A DNA stretch of 64,000 nt from a candidate division FCPU426 bacterium (lineage in GTDB: Bacteria > Oederibacteriota > JAAXVQ01 > JAUVAV01): positions 286,526-350,525 of the forward strand of contig JBFLYH010000002.1 of NCBI GenBank assembly GCA_040756875.1, written 5' to 3'. The translations under genes and the position numbers were made by a program. The notes under the pieces were generated by a model that saw nothing but the letters and a program-made list of their open reading frames with translations, was not told the DNA's origin and made no database searches. Shown here piece after piece: positions 1 to 8,570 of the stretch (within the stretch, counting starts at the first letter, position 1; each line of letters begins with the position of its first letter).

Positions 1-782
1 TCCGCGTCCCAGAGGCGGGTTTCCTGCGTCAGCACCGCGCCTTCGGACACGGCCTGGACCTGCCGCTTGGCCTCGTAGGCCAGCGCGTCGCGCACGTTTT
101 TAAAGGAGTTCATGTTCTTGACTTCGATTTTCGCGCCCAGGGCCTGCTGCCCGCGCGGCCGCACCGAAATGTTGGCGTCGCAGCGCAGGCTGCCTTCCTC
201 CATGTTGCAGTCCGACACTTCGGTGTAGCGGAGGATGGCTTTGAGTTCGGTGAGATAGGCGTAGGCTTCTTCGGGGGAGCGCAGGTCCGGCTCGCTGACG
301 ATTTCGATGAGCGGCACGCCCGCGCGGTTGTAATCCACCAGGGAGCTGGCCGCCCGGCCGATCTGTCCGCCCGCGGTCTGGTGCAGGAGCTTGCCCGCGT
401 CCTCTTCTATATGCACGCGGGTGATGCCGATGGACTTGGAGCCTTCCGGCAGGTCGATCAACAGGCGGCCGTGGCGGGCCAGGGGCAGGTCGTACTGGGA
501 AATCTGGTAGGCTTTGGGCAGGTCGGGATAGAAGTAATTCTTGCGGTCGAACTTGGTGTGCGGCGCGATCTCGCACCCGAGCGCCAGGGCGGCTTTGGCG
601 GCCAGCTCCAGCACCCGGCGGTTGAACACCGGCAGGGAGCCCGGCAGCCCCAGGCAGACCGGGCAGGTCTGGGTGTTGGGCGGCGCGCCAAAAGCCGTGG
701 GGCAACCGCAGAACACCTTGGAGGCGGTCGCCAGTTCGGCGTGCACTTCCAGCCCGATCACAACCTCGTAGTCATGCCCCAT
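1..782 (-). CDS. gatB: Asp-tRNA(Asn)/Glu-tRNA(Gln) amidotransferase subunit B (5' part; runs off the window)
   Basis: Manual translation from ATG 782: [25 protein letters not shown]...CPVCLGLPG...[19 protein letters not shown]...HIEEDAGK...[16 protein letters not shown]; follows gatC-gatA. Confidence 0.97.
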   Translation of the reverse strand, partial: MGHDYEVVIGLEVHAELATASKVFCGCPTAFGAPPNTQTCPVCLGLPGSLPVFNRRVLELAAKAALALGCEIAPHTKFDRKNYFYPDLPKAYQISQYDLPLARHGRLLIDLPEGSKSIGITRVHIEEDAGKLLHQTAGGQIGRAASSLVDYNRAGVPLIEIVSEPDLRSPEEAYAYLTELKAILRYTEVSDCNMEEGSLRCDANISVRPRGQQALGAKIEVKNMNSFKNVRDALAYEAKRQVQAVSEGAVLTQETRLWDA

Positions 783-811
783 GCCGGGTCATCCTCGCGT
801 TGCTCCCGCGT

Positions 812-1096
812 TCAAACCTTGCTGTTCTCCACCGACGCCTTGACCTTCTCTTCCCACTTGTCGCCGGTCAGGCGGTGCAGCGGGCGCTCCACGAACGTCT
901 GGACTTCATACCCTTCGGGGTCGATGTCCTCGTGGTTGCACACCGGGCAGGAGAGCTTGATGTCCAGGTCCCCGGTCTCGGGCTGGTTGTACCGCTCCAG
1001 CTGCCCTTTGTCGTCGAATTCCCACAATTCCACGGGTTCGTAGTAGGTGATGAGCGCCTGAAAGCTTTTCCGATTGCCGCAATGTTTGCAAATCAT
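812..1096 (-). CDS. Small acidic protein with two CxxC motifs (putative Zn-ribbon), unknown function
   Basis: MICKHCGN...LSCPVCNH; GGAGG 6 nt before ATG 1096; lies between gatA and gatB. Confidence 0.8.
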   Translation of the reverse strand: MICKHCGNRKSFQALITYYEPVELWEFDDKGQLERYNQPETGDLDIKLSCPVCNHEDIDPEGYEVQTFVERPLHRLTGDKWEEKVKASVENSKV

Positions 1097-1098
1097 GT

Positions 1099-2583
1099 TC
1101 AACCTCCAACGGGGTTCATCGGAGGGCGCCGTGCATGCCAGTCGGTGCGCGACTGGTAGGCGTGCGCCATCCTGAGTATGGTCTGCTCGTCAAAAGCCCG
1201 TCCGATCAACTGCAGCCCGACCGGCAGGCCTTGAGAGGTGAAACCGCTTGGCACGGACACGGCGGGCAAGCCCGCCAGATTCGCCGAGATGGTGTAGATG
1301 TCGGACAGATACATGCTCAGCGGATCTTCCGTTTTGTCGCCCATCCGGAACGCCGCAGTCGGCGAGGTGGGCGTGAGTATCGCGTCGCATTGCTCCCAGG
1401 CCCGGGCGAAATCTTTCTGGATCAGGGTCCGGACCTTCAGGGCCTTGAGGTAATAGGCGTCGTAGTACCCGGCGGACAACGCATACGTGCCGAGCATGAT
1501 GCGCCGCTTGACTTCCGGGCCAAACCCCCGGGCCCGGGTCTCCCGGTACATGGCCAGGAGCGAGTCCGCTTCGGCCCGCAGGCCGTACTGCACGCCGTCG
1601 TACCGCGCCAGGTTGCTCGACGCTTCGGCCGTGGCCACCAGGTAGTACACAGCCAGGCAGTACTCCGTGTGCGGCAGCGAGACTTCGGTGATGCTCAGCC
1701 CCAGCTCCCGGAAGACCGCCTTGGCCTGCTCCAGGGAGGCCGCCACTTCGGGATTCAAGCCTTCGGCGAAATATTCCCTGGGCAGCCCCAGGCGCAACCC
1801 GGTTGGCAACTGGTCCAGGCCGGCCGTGAAATCCGGTACCGCGACCTGTGCGCTGGTCGCATCGCGCGGGTCCTGGCCGGCGATCACACCGAGCAGGAGC
1901 GCCGCGTCCTCGATCGTGTGGCCGAAAGGCCCGATCTGGTCCAGCGAACTTGCGAACGCCACCAGGCCGTAGCGCGAAACCCGTCCGTAGGTGGGCTTGA
2001 GCCCCACCACGCCGCACAATGCAGCCGGCTGGCGGATCGAGCCGCCGGTGTCCGACCCCAGGGCCAGGAGCGCCAGGTCCGCGGCCACGGCCGCGGCCGC
2101 GCCGCCCGAGGACCCGCCGGGCACGCGTTCCACATCCCACGGATTGCGCGTGGGAAAGAATCCGGAATTTTCGCAGGACGAACCCATGGCGAATTCATCC
2201 AGGTTGACCTTGCCCACCACGACGCCGCCCGCGGCCTTGATCCGCTCCACCACCGTCGCATTATAGGGCGGTTTCCAGCCTTCCAGAATCCGCGAGGCGC
2301 AGGTCGTGGGAAACCCGGCTGTGCACAGGTTGTCTTTAAGCGCCACCGGCACGCCGGCCAAAGGACCCAGCGGACGGCCGGCTGCCACGTCGCGGTCCAC
2401 GGCTTCGGCCGCGCGGCGGGCGCCCGCCTCGTCCACGGCCAGGAAAACCTTGAGTTTCGGATCCAGCTCGCGGATGCGCGCCAGGCCCGCCTCGCAAGCT
2501 TCGCTGGCCTTGGCTTCGCCCCGGGCGATGCGGTCACGCAGTTCCCGGGCCGAGAGTCCGGACCAACCCGCACCCGGCTTCAC
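1099..2583 (-). CDS. gatA: Amidotransferase subunit A
   Basis: Amidase signature GGSSGG, GSDTGGSIRQPA, EVKRRIMLGTYALSAGYYDAYY; probable GTG start overlapping the gatC stop. Confidence 0.97.
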   Translation of the reverse strand: MKPGAGWSGLSARELRDRIARGEAKASEACEAGLARIRELDPKLKVFLAVDEAGARRAAEAVDRDVAAGRPLGPLAGVPVALKDNLCTAGFPTTCASRILEGWKPPYNATVVERIKAAGGVVVGKVNLDEFAMGSSCENSGFFPTRNPWDVERVPGGSSGGAAAAVAADLALLALGSDTGGSIRQPAALCGVVGLKPTYGRVSRYGLVAFASSLDQIGPFGHTIEDAALLLGVIAGQDPRDATSAQVAVPDFTAGLDQLPTGLRLGLPREYFAEGLNPEVAASLEQAKAVFRELGLSITEVSLPHTEYCLAVYYLVATAEASSNLARYDGVQYGLRAEADSLLAMYRETRARGFGPEVKRRIMLGTYALSAGYYDAYYLKALKVRTLIQKDFARAWEQCDAILTPTSPTAAFRMGDKTEDPLSMYLSDIYTISANLAGLPAVSVPSGFTSQGLPVGLQLIGRAFDEQTILRMAHAYQSRTDWHARRPPMNPVGG

Positions 2584-2870
2584 TCGATGATCCTGGGCAC
2601 CCGGAAGCATTGTTCCTGCGCATCCGGCGCCCCGGCCAGGGCCGCCTCGGGGGTCAACCCCGCCTTCGTTTCATCGTCCCGCCACACGTTTTGCATGGGC
2701 AGGGCGTGCGTGGTCGGCGGGACCGCCGCCGTGTCCAGCTGGTTCAGCTTATGGATGTATTCCAGAATCTGCTCCAACTGGCGGGAAAACAACCCGACCT
2801 CATCCGCGGTTAGCTTCAGGTTGGCCAAACGGGCGATTTTCTGGACTGTTTCTGTGGTGATTTCCGGCAC
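2580..2870 (-). CDS. gatC: Amidotransferase subunit C
   Basis: 96 aa, KIARLANL...FRVPRII; precedes gatA. Confidence 0.95.
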   Translation of the reverse strand: MPEITTETVQKIARLANLKLTADEVGLFSRQLEQILEYIHKLNQLDTAAVPPTTHALPMQNVWRDDETKAGLTPEAALAGAPDAQEQCFRVPRIIE

Positions 2871-3043
2871 AAGCCTTTTCCTCCACCCGCAAAACGCGCT
2901 TCACTATAGCATAGAGGCTCGGGGGCTGGCAAGAAATACAGGAAGAAAAAGGGCGCGCAGAGGGGGCGGGATTATTTCCTGCTGTGGAAGTCCGGCAAAA
3001 TAAGGTGTATAATAAGCGGCAACAACCGACCTTGGAGTTGTTC

Positions 3044-3451
3044 ATGGCGTTGATTCAATGGAACGACAGCTTTCGCGTGAATATCGTTGAAATCGACCAC
3101 CAGCACCAGCAGCTGGTGGGCATGATCAACGCCATGCACCAGGCCATGCTTCAAGGCACGGCCCGTGAGACCATGGGCCGGACCATTTCCGAGCTGCTGA
3201 GCTACGCCTCCCGGCACTTCGCCTCCGAGGAGCGGCTGTTCGACCGGTACGGTTATCCGGAGGCCCCGGCCCACAAGCTGGAACACGAAGCGTTCGTGGC
3301 CAAAGTGTCCGAATTCAAATCCACCCTCGAATCCCGCCAGCTTAGCCTGTCCATCTCGGTCATGCAGTACCTCTATGGCTGGGTGGTCAACCACATCAAG
3401 GGCAGCGACCAGAAGTACGCGCCCTTCCTCACCTCCAAAGGCGTGAAATAG
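3044..3451 (+). CDS. Single-domain bacteriohemerythrin
   Basis: IQWNDSF..IDHQH..HFASEE..HKLEH..HIKGSD di-iron ligand pattern; GGAG SD; TATAAT at 3008-3013. Confidence 0.93.
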   Translation: MALIQWNDSFRVNIVEIDHQHQQLVGMINAMHQAMLQGTARETMGRTISELLSYASRHFASEERLFDRYGYPEAPAHKLEHEAFVAKVSEFKSTLESRQLSLSISVMQYLYGWVVNHIKGSDQKYAPFLTSKGVK

Positions 3452-3484
3452 CGCCGTCCCGTCAGGCCGCCATTCGCCCGAACC

Positions 3485-4279
3485 TCAGTCCAGGGCTTGA
3501 AACAGCGCGTCCAGATCTTCTTTGATTTCCTTGTTGATTGAGCGCGGGTCGGCGGAAGCGCCGAGGAACTTGCGCAGGATGGCGTAGCCCGGACGCCCCG
3601 CGTCGGCCAGATACTCCGTTACGTTCTGGCGGAAATTGTCGAACAGTTCGTGCCGGGCGTGCTGCCGCAATCTCCGGATCAGGTCCGGGCGGTCCGGATG
3701 GTGCCTCCAAATAAAGTACAAGTAGAACAGGTCCTTTTCCAGCTTGTACTCGTCGCTGCGCATCACGAAGGAAATCCCCTTGTGGAACATGAAGGACCCC
3801 GGCTCGGCCGCGCGCACGCGCATCCGCTTCCGGGCGTGCGGAATGTCCAGGAGGATCGGGTCAGCGAGCAGGATTTCAAAGGCGTCAATGCGGTTGCAGG
3901 CCAAGGATTTCCCCAGAAAGCGGTTGAGCGTGTCGTCCGATGTCAGGAAAGACGTGATGAACTCGATCTTCAATTCCACCACGCCGCGCTTGCTGACGAA
4001 TTCAATCGGCTCCTCTTCCCCGGCGTACAGGCGCTCCATGGCAAAACCCTGGCGTTTGAGCGAATCGAAGACGGTCGAGGGAAACCGCGCGGGCCCGGTT
4101 TCCATGACGCCCAAATCGATGTCCAGGGTGGTGGGGATGGACGGCAGGGACCGGTGCCACAGGTATTTGGCGTAGAGAAAGGGGCACCACCCGCCCACCA
4201 CCACCAGCTGTTCGCGGGCGTCGCCCAGCGCGGCCAGCGCGGCCAGGAACTGCCGCTCCAGGCGTTCCAATTCAGGCAA
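3485..4279 (-). CDS. Nucleotidyltransferase-fold protein (AbiEii/GSU2403-like), putative type IV toxin
   Basis: LVVVGGW...TTLDIDL NTase motif, HKG...KDLFYL C-terminal motif; overlaps the upstream antitoxin-like gene by 8 bp. Confidence 0.7.
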   Translation of the reverse strand: MPELERLERQFLAALAALGDAREQLVVVGGWCPFLYAKYLWHRSLPSIPTTLDIDLGVMETGPARFPSTVFDSLKRQGFAMERLYAGEEEPIEFVSKRGVVELKIEFITSFLTSDDTLNRFLGKSLACNRIDAFEILLADPILLDIPHARKRMRVRAAEPGSFMFHKGISFVMRSDEYKLEKDLFYLYFIWRHHPDRPDLIRRLRQHARHELFDNFRQNVTEYLADAGRPGYAILRKFLGASADPRSINKEIKEDLDALFQALD

Positions 4280-4961
4280 GGAGCTCTTCCTGCTTTTTCC
4301 AGTGTGACAAAAGGTGTTTGGCTTCTTCGGGTCCGCTGGGCGCGAACCCCATCAGGTCGAGGTACAGCTGAAGGTTGGAAACCACGGGATAGCCTTTGGC
4401 ATGACGGAGGGTTTTGAATACGGAGTGATGATAAAAGGGGATGGCCAGGCAGATATTGCCGCCCCGCACCAGGCGCATGAGGCCCAGGTCGGCTTCCAAT
4501 TCCCGGAATACGGCTTTGGCCTGTTGAGGCGTGATGTCGAGATAGACGAAGTGGCGGTCGTCCTTGACATAGGGCGAGATCAGGCGGCTGGCGCTGAAGA
4601 GGGTCAGCGCATAGCGGAGGTTCCGGCGTTCCAGCACCTCGCGCAACCGGGGGAGAAAATCTTTGCGGGGATAGTAATAATAGGCGTGCCAATTGCGTTC
4701 GAAGGAATAGTGGCGGGTCCAATCCTCAAGCAGGTGCTCCCGGTCGGCCAGCCGGGAATAGCTGCCCGGGCCGGTGCGCACGCGCTCCACGTAGCCGAGG
4801 CTTTCGGCGCGGTTGAGGACGATGCTGGCCATGCCGAACGAGACGCCCAGCCGGGCCAGTTCCGGAATCCGCCAATGCCGCTGCGGCTCGCGGAACAGGG
4901 CCCGCAGGATCAGGGACGAACAATCGCTGAAGATGTTCTGCAACTGCCGGCGCATGAGCAT
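4272..4961 (-). CDS. AbiEi-family (type IV TA) antitoxin / wHTH regulator
   Basis: N-terminal wHTH (WRIPELARLGVSFGMASIVLNRAESLGYV), LLEDW, YALT..A, PVVSNLQLYLDL..GPEEA motifs typical of AbiEi_2-like proteins. Confidence 0.75.
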   Translation of the reverse strand: MLMRRQLQNIFSDCSSLILRALFREPQRHWRIPELARLGVSFGMASIVLNRAESLGYVERVRTGPGSYSRLADREHLLEDWTRHYSFERNWHAYYYYPRKDFLPRLREVLERRNLRYALTLFSASRLISPYVKDDRHFVYLDITPQQAKAVFRELEADLGLMRLVRGGNICLAIPFYHHSVFKTLRHAKGYPVVSNLQLYLDLMGFAPSGPEEAKHLLSHWKKQEELLA

Positions 4962-5012
4962 GGCGCGCACCTCTATCTTTCAACAAATCGTGTATATATA
5001 CCTTATGTTGAA

Positions 5013-5041
5013 ATTATAATATACCGCCGGCGCCAATGCAA
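5013..5041 (-). promoter_or_regulatory. Sigma70-type promoter of the TA operon
   Basis: Minus strand TTGCAT-N17-TATAAT; inverted repeat TTTCAACA/TGTTGAAA at 4978-4985 / 5006-5013 just downstream. Confidence 0.7.
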
Positions 5042-5096
5042 GTTAATTAATATAAGGAGGCCTTCAAGCATAGGTTTACTACAACACTGAAAATGG

Positions 5097-5208
5097 GCCT
5101 TACGGCCTGGATAAGAAAGCTTCAGAGAAAACCCCTATCAACAAAGGGATTTTCGATGCAGAGCGAGCCACTCAGGGGCGAGCGTCTTTCGCATCCAGGC
5201 CGTAAGGC
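5097..5208. repeat. 112-bp element bounded by perfect 16-bp inverted repeats
   Basis: GCCTTACGGCCTGGAT (5097-5112) / ATCCAGGCCGTAAGGC (5193-5208). Confidence 0.75.
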
Positions 5209-5262
5209 TTGAAATATTGGAGTGAGGTTCCTATTGGAAAACCACAACGGATGAGCGTTTTT

Positions 5263-6048
5263 CTAGCTGATTTGATCCGCCTGCTGCCACCAGGCCAGGG
5301 TCCCGGCCAGCCCGGCCAGCGAGGCCAGGGCCACCAAGACATAGCTTCCCCAGCCCACGGCCGCGGCCTGGGCGCCGGCCGCGCCGGACACCAGGCCGGC
5401 CACGGCCCAGGGAAACCACTCGCCCCAGCCGGTCACCGCCGAAATTTGCGCCAGGAACATGGAAAAAAGCACCCACCCCAGGGGCGCCAGAAACCCCCGG
5501 CCCATGCTGGCGAACAAGCCTACGAACGTGAGTAAAATGATGGTCAGGGCCGCAGTCCGGGCCATCTGGCCGGCGCTGGCCAGCAGCAGAGCCCAGGAAA
5601 ACCCGGGAATGCCCACCCATGCCCCCATCCCCGCGCCCAGCAGGAACACCCAGGCCGTCAGTCCGGCGCACCACAGAACCAGCAGGCTGAACTTGGCGGC
5701 TACGATCGCGGAACGCGGCGTGGGCACGGCCAGCAGCTGCCTGACCGTTCGTTCCGAAAATTCGCGCCCGAACATCCAGGCCGTCAAAAAGCCGAACATG
5801 ACCATGCCTCCGGCCGCGACAACCTGGGCCAACAGCCCCAGCAAGGAGGGCCAGTCCGCCGTGCCGACCAGGCTAGCCTTGGTGGAGATAAGCCCCATGT
5901 CTTTAGCTGCCGCCGGATCTTTCAGGATAATCATGAACACGCCGCCTACTAACGGCCCGAGCGAAAGTCCGAGGAAGGAGAGCCCGGGCGCCAGCGAACG
6001 CCGGAATTTGAGCACTTCGACCCTGAACGCGGCGATGAACCCCTTCAT
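5263..6048 (-). CDS. ABC-2 type permease (BcrB / lantibiotic-immunity-like)
   Basis: About 6 TM segments, FGREFSERT..LLAVP motif; overlaps the ATPase gene. Confidence 0.88.
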   Translation of the reverse strand: MKGFIAAFRVEVLKFRRSLAPGLSFLGLSLGPLVGGVFMIILKDPAAAKDMGLISTKASLVGTADWPSLLGLLAQVVAAGGMVMFGFLTAWMFGREFSERTVRQLLAVPTPRSAIVAAKFSLLVLWCAGLTAWVFLLGAGMGAWVGIPGFSWALLLASAGQMARTAALTIILLTFVGLFASMGRGFLAPLGWVLFSMFLAQISAVTGWGEWFPWAVAGLVSGAAGAQAAAVGWGSYVLVALASLAGLAGTLAWWQQADQIS

Positions 6049-6986
6049 GCCGCACCTCCACCCTTCTCGCGGACCAGCCGCAGAAAATGCTGTTCCAAGT
6101 CCTCCTGCTCCACGGCCAGCCGCCGGGGCGGCTGCCCGGCTTGCACCAAAACGCGGGCCGCCTCTTCGGGATGTTCGATGGCCTGCGGATCAGACACTGC
6201 CAGCCAACGGCGCCCGCCGTCCGTCTTCAGCCCCAGTTGGCCGAAACCTGCGCCGCGCAAGGCCCGCTCGGCCGCGTCCAAATCCGCCGACTCGATTTCC
6301 AGGCGCTGTTGCCGCCGCTGCTCCAGTTCATCGGCGTCCAGTTCTTCGATCAACCGCCCCTGGTGAATGACGCCGATGCGCGTGGCCAGACGGTCGACCT
6401 CGGCCAGGATGTGGCTGGACATGAAAATCGTAACACCCTGGTCGCGGGCCAATCCGCGCAGAAGCTCCCGGATCTCGACCACGCCGGCCGGATCCAGGGC
6501 ATTGGCCGGCTCGTCCAGCACCAGCAGCTCGGGCTCCCCCAGCAGGGCGCGGGCCAGGCTGAGCCGCTGGCGGTTGCCCAAGGACAGGGTTTTAACGCGG
6601 CGCCCGGCTTGCGATTCCAATCCCAGCAAGCCCAGCACGCGCTCCAGGGGTCGGCGGTCTTCCAGGCCCTGGAGCCAGAGCGAAGTCCGCAGGTCCTCGC
6701 GCACGGTCAGCTCGCCGTATCCGGTCGGCGTCTCCACCAGGTGCCCCACGCGGCGCCAGAGGGCGGAGGTGCGGGCCGTGACCGGCTCGCCGAACAGTTC
6801 GACGCGGCCGCCTGTCGGCCTGATCATGCCCAGCAGCATGCGGATAGTGGTGGATTTACCCGCGCCGTTCAAGCCCAGAAAGCCGTAGATCTCTCCCGGA
6901 GCCACGCTGATGTTCACCTGCTCAACCGCCCGTACGACCCCAAAGCGTTTGGTCAGGTCAAAAGTCCGGATAACCGGTCGGTCCAT
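6045..6986 (-). CDS. ABC transporter ATP-binding protein (BcrA-like)
   Basis: Walker A GLNGAGKST, signature LSLGNRQR, LVLDEP, SSHIL. Confidence 0.93.
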   Translation of the reverse strand: MDRPVIRTFDLTKRFGVVRAVEQVNISVAPGEIYGFLGLNGAGKSTTIRMLLGMIRPTGGRVELFGEPVTARTSALWRRVGHLVETPTGYGELTVREDLRTSLWLQGLEDRRPLERVLGLLGLESQAGRRVKTLSLGNRQRLSLARALLGEPELLVLDEPANALDPAGVVEIRELLRGLARDQGVTIFMSSHILAEVDRLATRIGVIHQGRLIEELDADELEQRRQQRLEIESADLDAAERALRGAGFGQLGLKTDGGRRWLAVSDPQAIEHPEEAARVLVQAGQPPRRLAVEQEDLEQHFLRLVREKGGGAA

Positions 6987-7003
6987 GGGTATTCCTGCCA
7001 GGT

Positions 7004-7621
7004 TTAATAAGCTACGCCGGCCAACAGGTACAGCAGCGGTCCGAACACGAGGTAATAATCCCCTTCCCGGCCGCCGTAAGGCTGGCTGAGAAATCCGATT
7101 TCCCAATACTGGCTCCAGCCTTCGCCCAGCCGGATATGCAGTTCAGCCGCGCCGTCCAGGGCAAACCCTTGGGAATTGGAAAATTCCGTGTCTCCGCTGA
7201 TGGCGCGGTACCCGCCGTAGAGGGCGAATTTCAAGGTGAGAGACTCGTTGAGCTCCACGCCCACCTTGGGCCCGGCCTCCACCTGAAAGCCGGAAACCTG
7301 CGTGGGGATCTGGTCCTGAAACCACGTAGGCAGGCTGGCAACGAGTTGCTCGCGGTCCTGGACCGCCACGTTCGCATACATCACACGGCCGCTGACCCAC
7401 CACAGCGGAATGACCGGCACGTCCACGCCGGCTTTCAGCATGAGCGCGGCTTGGGTGTCCACCGGAATATTGGGCGGCGAAACGTCCACGTTGACTTCAC
7501 CGGGCATGAGCAGGCCCAGGCCGAGATTCAATCCGACCGGCAAATCCCCGGCCAAGGCGGAAACCGGCAACCCCAAGGTCCACGTCAGCGCAAGCACATA
7601 CCGCCATACCGTCCGCTTCAT
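7004..7621 (-). CDS. Exported protein, probable small outer-membrane beta-barrel
   Basis: Signal peptide MKRTVW...SALA, alternating amphipathic strands, C-terminal aromatic (AGVAY). Confidence 0.6.
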   Translation of the reverse strand: MKRTVWRYVLALTWTLGLPVSALAGDLPVGLNLGLGLLMPGEVNVDVSPPNIPVDTQAALMLKAGVDVPVIPLWWVSGRVMYANVAVQDREQLVASLPTWFQDQIPTQVSGFQVEAGPKVGVELNESLTLKFALYGGYRAISGDTEFSNSQGFALDGAAELHIRLGEGWSQYWEIGFLSQPYGGREGDYYLVFGPLLYLLAGVAY

Positions 7622-7647
7622 CTTTCCGGGTTCATCCTTTCGCCGAT

Positions 7648-8556
7648 TCACAGCCGCACCAGCAAGGAAATCCTGTGCGTGGAAGTCAGCTCCTGCACCA
7701 AACCAAAGGCATAATCCAATTCCAGCACACTCCAGCGCACGCCCAACCCCGCGGTCAATCCTTCTATATCATATCCGGCCTTGTAGCCGAGCCTGGCTGC
7801 AAGCAGGCCGGCATAAGCGTATTCCGCCCCCACGTGCAGGGCGAAATCACGGTCATTGGGCTTCAGCCCGTCCGCCAGCAAGATCAGTTCATGCCCTGCG
7901 GCCAGGCGGGTCGAGTAAGCGGCGCCGGCCCTCAGCGTCAAAGGCAGGGGGTCGCCTTCGCTTTCATAGGTGATTTCGGTTCCGATATTCTGCACGACCG
8001 CGCCCAGGACGAGGCCGGCGGCCGCGGCCACTTGCAGGCCTACGTCGCCCGCAAAAGCCGAGGCGGTGTACTTTTCGACCAGCGTGCTGTTGAGCATCTT
8101 TACGGCTGCGCCCGCCCTGACGCCTGAGCTGACTTGAACCCCGTATCCGATTGATACGGCCCAATCGCTTTGCGATTGGACCGAAACGAAGCTTCCATCA
8201 GCCTGGTCCAGGTCCACGGCCCCGCCCTGCAGCAGGCTCAGGCCCAGGCCGAAAGTCCCCAGGCCAGCCACGGGATACCCAGCCAGGAGTTGCTGATACG
8301 CGCTTTCCTCCATGCCCATCAAATAGGTGGCTTGGGCCTGCAGTCCGTCAACCGAAGCCATGCCAGCCGGATTCCAATACAGGCTGTCCACTGTGCCGGA
8401 AGCGCCGGCGCCGGTTTCAGCCAAAGCCTGGGTACGGGCACCAGCTCCCTGGGTCAGAACCAGGCCGCCCGAAGTGCCGGACGCGGCTGCTGTCAACACC
8501 AGCGCCAGGCCAAGGGACATTGCGAACAAGCCGGATAAAAAGGTTTTCGTAAGCAT
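7648..8556 (-). CDS. PorV/PorQ-family (UPF0164-like) outer-membrane beta-barrel
   Basis: GAGARTQALA, SLYWNPAG, LPLTLRAG, DYAF...THRISL; GAGGAGG SD before ATG 8556. Confidence 0.85.
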   Translation of the reverse strand: MLTKTFLSGLFAMSLGLALVLTAAASGTSGGLVLTQGAGARTQALAETGAGASGTVDSLYWNPAGMASVDGLQAQATYLMGMEESAYQQLLAGYPVAGLGTFGLGLSLLQGGAVDLDQADGSFVSVQSQSDWAVSIGYGVQVSSGVRAGAAVKMLNSTLVEKYTASAFAGDVGLQVAAAAGLVLGAVVQNIGTEITYESEGDPLPLTLRAGAAYSTRLAAGHELILLADGLKPNDRDFALHVGAEYAYAGLLAARLGYKAGYDIEGLTAGLGVRWSVLELDYAFGLVQELTSTHRISLLVRL

Positions 8557-8570
8557 GGTCAGCCTCCTCA

